DNA from: an uncultured Bacilli bacterium | GTDB lineage: Bacteria; Bacillota_I; Bacilli_A; RFN20; CAG-826 | NCBI GenBank assembly: GCA_905235515.1 | Contig: CAJOLV010000003.1 | Coordinates: 5,680-69,679 of the forward strand | Length of the DNA stretch: 64,000 nt | Reading direction: 5' to 3' | Shown here: positions 59,219 through 64,000 of the stretch, one piece after another | Layout of the letters: each line of letters starts with the position of its first letter | Position numbering within the stretch: position 1 is the stretch's first letter | Position numbers and translations under genes: made by a program | The notes under the pieces: model-generated | The model's input: only the letters and a program-made list of their open reading frames with translations | The model's database searches: none | Told to the model about the DNA's origin: nothing

Positions 59219-60508
59219 TCATTTGCCATAATGCAGTTTAACACCATCAATTAATACTGATTTAAATTTTGTAAATTGATAATAATACTCCCAAATATAT
59301 AAAATAGCGGTAAATAGATCAACACACATCTTTCCAAATTCCAAAAAAGAAGTTTTATATGTTTTTGTGCCGTTTTTTGTTTTATTTATAAAAGTGACTT
59401 CTTGATTAAGACCATCGGTAAAAATAGAATTATGGCCTTCTGCATTTCTAATAATGTTATTTAGAACGCCCCTTATTCCATCAAACAAATCGGAATTGTT
59501 ATTAGTAAAGTATTCATATTTGTTATATTTTGAGCCCATGCCATTTAATCTTTCGTTGAAATCATATATTCCTGTATCAAAGTGGTTATATGTTCCGTTA
59601 GTTTCAATGTTATAAAGCCCAACCAATAAATCTATTGAATCGCAAAGAAGTTCAAATCCCTTTTTATACAAAACCGCTAAGTCATCAATAGATATTGTTG
59701 AGACCCCTTGTTTTGTAAAATCAATATTACCGAATTTATCAAAGTTATCATAAACAGGCAAAAGCTGGTCAACACATTTGATGTAGTCGATTATGTAAGA
59801 AGGCATCTTAAAAAGATACGTTTTGAAGTAATCATTATCAAGATTGTTTAAATAATCTTTTACAGACAAAACATGCTTTTTAACTATGCGTCTAGTCTTT
59901 TCATTCATTATTTGATACATATTGTTAAAAACACCTTCAGGCATTATTGGTTGTAGCAAAGAATTTACATAATGTTTTGTTGCTAACATAGCATCTAACT
60001 CATTGATTATGTTGTTTGCATTATTGTGTTTATTGAGTTCGACTAAGATATTCTCGTTCGTGTTTAAAAAATACTTTCTAATTAAATCCACTCTATTGGT
60101 GCTTAATAAGTTATAAATGTTCTCAATTTTATTAATGTAAATATCAGATTGATTAACAAAATATAAAAGATTTTGCATCCTTTGGTTCTTAGAAGGAGTA
60201 GTAAAACCTCTTCTTACAAACATGCTCATTTGAACATCAGTTGTTTCATCTCTTTGTTTATACTTATCGATTAAGAATTCTGTTGCTAGTTCGAGTACAT
60301 AATTATAATCTTTATTGTTTGTTTCTGTGGCGCCGATAATGTTTTCGCTTATCGTGGTGTTTTTATTGTCGATCACTATTGTTCCAGAAATATGGCAATT
60401 ACATTTTGGACAATAGATGCTTACAGGAATATTAAAATAACCAACTTGATATCTAAGTCTTAATAAACAATTACAATAATTGCATTTATAAATACTATTT
60501 CTAACCAT
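59219..60508 (-). CDS. Zinc-ribbon protein with C-terminal HEPN-like RX4H motif (possible Abi-type effector)
   Basis: 429 aa. N-terminal CNYCNC...CPKCNC zinc ribbon. C-terminal IIRNAEGHNSIF fits the HEPN R-x4-6-H motif. Sits 58 nt downstream of the DGQHR gene on the same strand. Confidence 0.45.
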   Translation of the reverse strand: MVRNSIYKCNYCNCLLRLRYQVGYFNIPVSIYCPKCNCHISGTIVIDNKNTTISENIIGATETNNKDYNYVLELATEFLIDKYKQRDETTDVQMSMFVRRGFTTPSKNQRMQNLLYFVNQSDIYINKIENIYNLLSTNRVDLIRKYFLNTNENILVELNKHNNANNIINELDAMLATKHYVNSLLQPIMPEGVFNNMYQIMNEKTRRIVKKHVLSVKDYLNNLDNDYFKTYLFKMPSYIIDYIKCVDQLLPVYDNFDKFGNIDFTKQGVSTISIDDLAVLYKKGFELLCDSIDLLVGLYNIETNGTYNHFDTGIYDFNERLNGMGSKYNKYEYFTNNNSDLFDGIRGVLNNIIRNAEGHNSIFTDGLNQEVTFINKTKNGTKTYKTSFLEFGKMCVDLFTAILYIWEYYYQFTKFKSVLIDGVKLHYGK

Positions 60509-60566
60509 GTGTGATTATTTCAAAATTTGCTGGCCATTAAACGGGTGACAAACTTGCATAAATGTT

Positions 60567-62366
60567 TTACAAACTATCTCTATTTTGCTTGTTAATTGCA
60601 GGAATGATTAAGGCCTTTGCAAATTTACTATATTGTGCTCCTGCATATGGAAAATTAGTATTATCCGAAGAAAAATCTAAATTAAAATCTCTAAAGGCGT
60701 TCAAATAAAAATCATAATTTTTTGGTCCTTGTGTGTTAGCAAGCGTCTCTTTAAAAGCAATGATAAATGCGTTCAAAGAAATGACTTTCAACAAGCGAGA
60801 GTTTTTATCCCAATAATTTAAAAATCTTCCTTTAATTGCTTTAAAATAAGTTCGCAATGAATTAGCACAATATTTTATATAGTCCTCAATATCTTTGCTT
60901 TGCTCTAGAACAAAATCATTACTATAGTTATTCTTTTTTAACCAATACTTATAAAGGCTTGTTGGCACATTCTTTGCCACAAGAAGACTAGACATAGCGT
61001 ATTGTATGATTGATGCGATTTTTATAGGAGCGTCATCAGTCTTAGATAATTGAAACATATTTTCAAAAGGTGCATCGTTATTTAACAATTCTATAACTCT
61101 TCTAGAAACAGCTTCCCCAGAAGTTGGATTCATAATTGCTTGAATCTGAATGAGGGTATCTGCATCAACAGGTTTAGCGTTTTTATTAATTGACACAAAC
61201 AATTCGCTTTCAAACCTTCTCCTTTCGGACAAATGTTTGTATTTTTCATTATCTGGATAAATAATGCCGGTGACTAATAAATTGTATGAATCACGCATTG
61301 GTTTAATTAATTGTTCATCCGTATTATCTTTGTCACAATCTTCATAAAACGCAAAAACACGATGTTGACCATCAATAATGCCAATCGAATTATATTCAGT
61401 TGGAATCTCCATCATAATATTATTATCAAAGCGAACAACATTATCTAATATCACTGTTTCTCTATTGTCTTTGTTAAAGAAGCGAACTCCATCTGGCAAT
61501 GTGACAATAATGTTGTTAATAAATGTTGTTTTCTTTGCAATAACAAAATCTCTAATAGATTTGATTCTTTTAACGGTTAATAATCTTTGATACATATCTG
61601 GTTGTTTTTCCCAACCATCTTTTCTTAAAACATATGAATATTTAATTAAATCGATTGGTTTCATCATAAAAGAAACCATTCTTATGCCGTCCTTGTATCC
61701 AGTCACAGAATCTGGATAAATGATCGGAGTAACTATTGGTAAATTAACTGAATTCCCGGAAGGGTCTGGTTTTCCAATATCTTGAATTCGTAATTTTAAA
61801 TATTTAAATAATTCATATTTGAAAGATGCTTTAATGCTTTTTGACATCAAACAAAAATAACTAAAAGTAGATTTATCAATAAGATTTAAATGTGTGTACC
61901 TTTCAATATCTTCCTTGATATATCTTGTGATTCCATATTCGAAATATAAATAATAAATATTAAACTCTTGTTGTGTGTATCTTTGAAGTGTCTCTTCGCT
62001 CGGGAATTTATCTCTTAAAAGTTTGATAAACGAGGCTTTTTCCGTTTCTCTTATAATTTTAGACGTTTCTTCTTTTTCTAATTTGTGGTTTTTATTAAAC
62101 GGCATACCAGCCGCCAAAGCTTGTTCTTTTTCTTTGACAAACCTTATTGTGTCTTCACAAATGATGATTATGTTTTCGTAGATGAAACAGTGATCTAATT
62201 CATTTTGCTTTCCACCGAGAAGAAATTGCCAACCCTTAACACTTAATTTTGTAAAACCAGATAAAACAAATATGTTCTCAATTTGTTTAGAAAATGCATC
62301 TCTTTTCTTTTTCTCCGCAAGTTGTTCTTTGGTTAGTTTTGGCTTTTTGTTCTTTTTCTTTACCAT
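60567..62366 (-). CDS. DGQHR-domain protein (DndB-like, ParB/Srx-fold)
   Basis: 599 aa. The hallmark IIDGQHRVFAF motif is followed by an FVSINKNAKPV-type conserved segment. Has a lysine-rich N-terminus. The start overlaps the stop of the upstream methyltransferase by 7 nt. Confidence 0.8.
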   Translation of the reverse strand: MVKKKNKKPKLTKEQLAEKKKRDAFSKQIENIFVLSGFTKLSVKGWQFLLGGKQNELDHCFIYENIIIICEDTIRFVKEKEQALAAGMPFNKNHKLEKEETSKIIRETEKASFIKLLRDKFPSEETLQRYTQQEFNIYYLYFEYGITRYIKEDIERYTHLNLIDKSTFSYFCLMSKSIKASFKYELFKYLKLRIQDIGKPDPSGNSVNLPIVTPIIYPDSVTGYKDGIRMVSFMMKPIDLIKYSYVLRKDGWEKQPDMYQRLLTVKRIKSIRDFVIAKKTTFINNIIVTLPDGVRFFNKDNRETVILDNVVRFDNNIMMEIPTEYNSIGIIDGQHRVFAFYEDCDKDNTDEQLIKPMRDSYNLLVTGIIYPDNEKYKHLSERRRFESELFVSINKNAKPVDADTLIQIQAIMNPTSGEAVSRRVIELLNNDAPFENMFQLSKTDDAPIKIASIIQYAMSSLLVAKNVPTSLYKYWLKKNNYSNDFVLEQSKDIEDYIKYCANSLRTYFKAIKGRFLNYWDKNSRLLKVISLNAFIIAFKETLANTQGPKNYDFYLNAFRDFNLDFSSDNTNFPYAGAQYSKFAKALIIPAINKQNRDSL

Positions 62367-63259
62367 TTGAAATCCTCCGGTTTCTGAGCCACCTTTTGAG
62401 TCAAATCTGGTTCAATCACTGGAACATCTGGCCTATACTCAATCGTTCCTTCAATAGCCTTTGCAATACGTTCTTCTGCAATTGCTACATACTCTTTTTT
62501 GAGTTCACATCCAATAAATTTTCTTTTTTCCATTACGCAAGCAACCGCTGTTGTTCCACTACCAAAAAAAGGATCTACAACAACATCGTTCTCATTTGTA
62601 AGGGCTCTGATTAAACGTTGTGGAATTACTATTGGAAATTGGCACGGATGATCCGTTTTTTCAACGTGATTAGCTTTGACATTTGGAATTTCCCAAACAT
62701 CAGAAGGGTTTTTGCCTAAAGGATTGCCACTGAATTGACCGGCTTTTTTTCCTCTATAATATTTTTTGCCAGGATATTTTTGAGGAACCCTAATCATATC
62801 GAGATTAAAAGTATATTCTTTTCCTTTGGTGCACCAGAGAATTGTTTCATATCTACCACTGAGTCTTTTTTCGGCATTAAGGCCATGACCAAAAGTCCAG
62901 ATTATCCTGTTCCTTAAAAGCATTTGTGAGTCAGGTTCAAGATTCTCATTAATTTTTTGAATGATATTATAAATAATAATATCTAATGGAATAGATACTG
63001 AATCCTTAATATGAAATCCAACTTGCCAACACAAACTGCCACCTTTTTTTAATATACGGATAGACTCTCTAAGAACTTTCTCATTCAATGATGAAAAGGA
63101 CTTGATGTCATCTTTAATATTTTCATATTCTTTACCCATGCAATATGGCGGAGAAGTTACAACTAAAGAGACAGATTCATCATCAATTTTCTTTAATATT
63201 TTAAGGCAATCTTCGTTATATAGCCTTATATCATCCGATTGGAAACTAATTGTTTTCAT
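62360..63259 (-). CDS. DNA methyltransferase, beta-class amino-MTase (SPPY motif IV; probably N4-cytosine or N6-adenine)
   Basis: 299 aa. Motif IV TSPPY near the N-terminus and motif I DPFFGSGTT near the C-terminus, which is the beta-class order. ParB-like/MTase-associated context. Confidence 0.88.
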   Translation of the reverse strand: MKTISFQSDDIRLYNEDCLKILKKIDDESVSLVVTSPPYCMGKEYENIKDDIKSFSSLNEKVLRESIRILKKGGSLCWQVGFHIKDSVSIPLDIIIYNIIQKINENLEPDSQMLLRNRIIWTFGHGLNAEKRLSGRYETILWCTKGKEYTFNLDMIRVPQKYPGKKYYRGKKAGQFSGNPLGKNPSDVWEIPNVKANHVEKTDHPCQFPIVIPQRLIRALTNENDVVVDPFFGSGTTAVACVMEKRKFIGCELKKEYVAIAEERIAKAIEGTIEYRPDVPVIEPDLTQKVAQKPEDFKW

Positions 63260-63415
63260 TTTTAATAGTTTGTCCTATTTATTAATTTAACTTTTAGTTA
63301 ATTAGTTTTCAATCAAAATAAAGAGAATACTAACTAACCACCAGCTCTTTATTTTAGGAAAAAAGAAACAATTTTTAAATTGTATTAAAGAATGAGAATT
63401 ATGATAATAATTATA

Positions 63416-64000
63416 TGGAAAGAAAGACATTAGTTATTCTTGGTAATGGATTTGATTTAAAATGTGGCCTTCATAGCAGTTATAAAGACTTTTTTGACCA
63501 CCAGATTAAATGCTATCCGAACTTTAAAACGTTGTTTAAATATTTGAAAAATAATAAAGAAGCCTCATTCAACGAAAATAAAATAAACGAAATTATTCCA
63601 CTGATGTCGCTTGAAAAAGAATTATCTTTTTTTGACTTATATTTTCTTGTTAGTGACTGGCGAAATGGTTTTTTACAAACAAATAGAATATGGTCAGCAA
63701 TTGAAGACATGTTGTTATCTGGAATTACAGCTTCTAAGAATTCAATAAGTTTTAACATTTGTCATTCTGTCTTTATATCAATTAAATCGAAAGATTATTA
63801 TTTCTTTTATCAACATCAATATGCAGAAAAAATAATCGGTCATTATTTATATAAACTGTTCGACGGAAAGACATTGTCTGAAAATCTATACCATGATTTT
63901 TTAATAAAGGAGCTAAACAAATTTTCAATCAATTTTGCTAGATATATCACAAATCAAACAAGCAACAACGATGAATATATGCATGAGGCACAAGTTTTAT
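63416..64000 (+). CDS. AbiH-family abortive-infection protein (partial, 3' end beyond the window)
   Basis: ORF from the ATG at 63416 runs to the window end. The N-terminus MERKTLVILGNGFDLKCGLHSSYKDFF matches the AbiH signature (IIGNGFDLxHGLxTSYxDF). Confidence 0.75.

Noticed and set aside
42600-64000. Integrase, transposase or IS elements that would mark the accessory regions as mobile
   Set aside because: No ORF shows tyrosine- or serine-recombinase or DDE transposase motifs. Mobility of the islands therefore cannot be claimed from this window.

Overview
This 64 kb window is chromosomal DNA from a low-GC (roughly 30% GC) Firmicutes- or Mollicutes-like bacterium. It uses the standard genetic code: TGA is a stop, and long intact ORFs argue against Mycoplasma or Spiroplasma and fit Acholeplasma- or Erysipelotrichia-like lineages. 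Coding is dense and mostly on the minus strand.

Positions 1-42.5 kb and 44.2-51.9 kb are core housekeeping genes with strikingly Bacillus-like local synteny. These include:
- a MacB/FtsX-type ABC exporter operon, fhs, miaA, ymcA-like, miaB, ymdB, rny, recA, cinA, pgsA, rnpB and gpsB;
- a DEDDh exonuclease, recU, nth, dnaD, a short cca-like gene, hup, der and cmk;
- a small ferredoxin, then an FMN riboswitch upstream of ribU, rsmG, mnmG and sufCDSUB;
- two tandem lipoproteins, hit, yhaM, recX, a GT4 glycosyltransferase, an ASCH protein and a membrane-anchored endonuclease-I-type surface nuclease;
- a GlpA-like / PNDR / DUF1667 three-gene cluster, fba, hypA, a 964-aa Fe-S flavoprotein, two hypB paralogs and a 5'-nucleotidase lipoprotein.

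Several RNA and small features are invisible to the ORF track: RNase P RNA, an FMN riboswitch with a terminator hairpin, a 59-aa ferredoxin, several rho-independent terminators and a decayed pseudogene.

Two accessory regions stand out. The first is a small islet of HTH-nucleotidyltransferase genes at 42.6-44.1 kb, one of them frameshifted. The second is a roughly 12 kb defense-type island at 52.2-64 kb. That island carries:
- a Fic protein;
- an AbiEi-like regulator + COG1373 AAA/DUF4143 ATPase + unknown 244-aa protein operon, bracketed by a repeated ~70-bp palindromic promoter/operator-like element;
- an AbiEi/AbiEii pair;
- a zinc-ribbon protein with a C-terminal RX4H (HEPN-like) motif;
- a translationally coupled SPPY-type DNA methyltransferase + 599-aa DGQHR (DndB/ParB-fold) protein;
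- a partial AbiH.

The MTase-DGQHR-Zn-ribbon module and the AbiEi-ATPase-unknown operon are the best candidates for an undescribed defense system. No rRNA, tRNA, CRISPR array, transposase or integrase was found.
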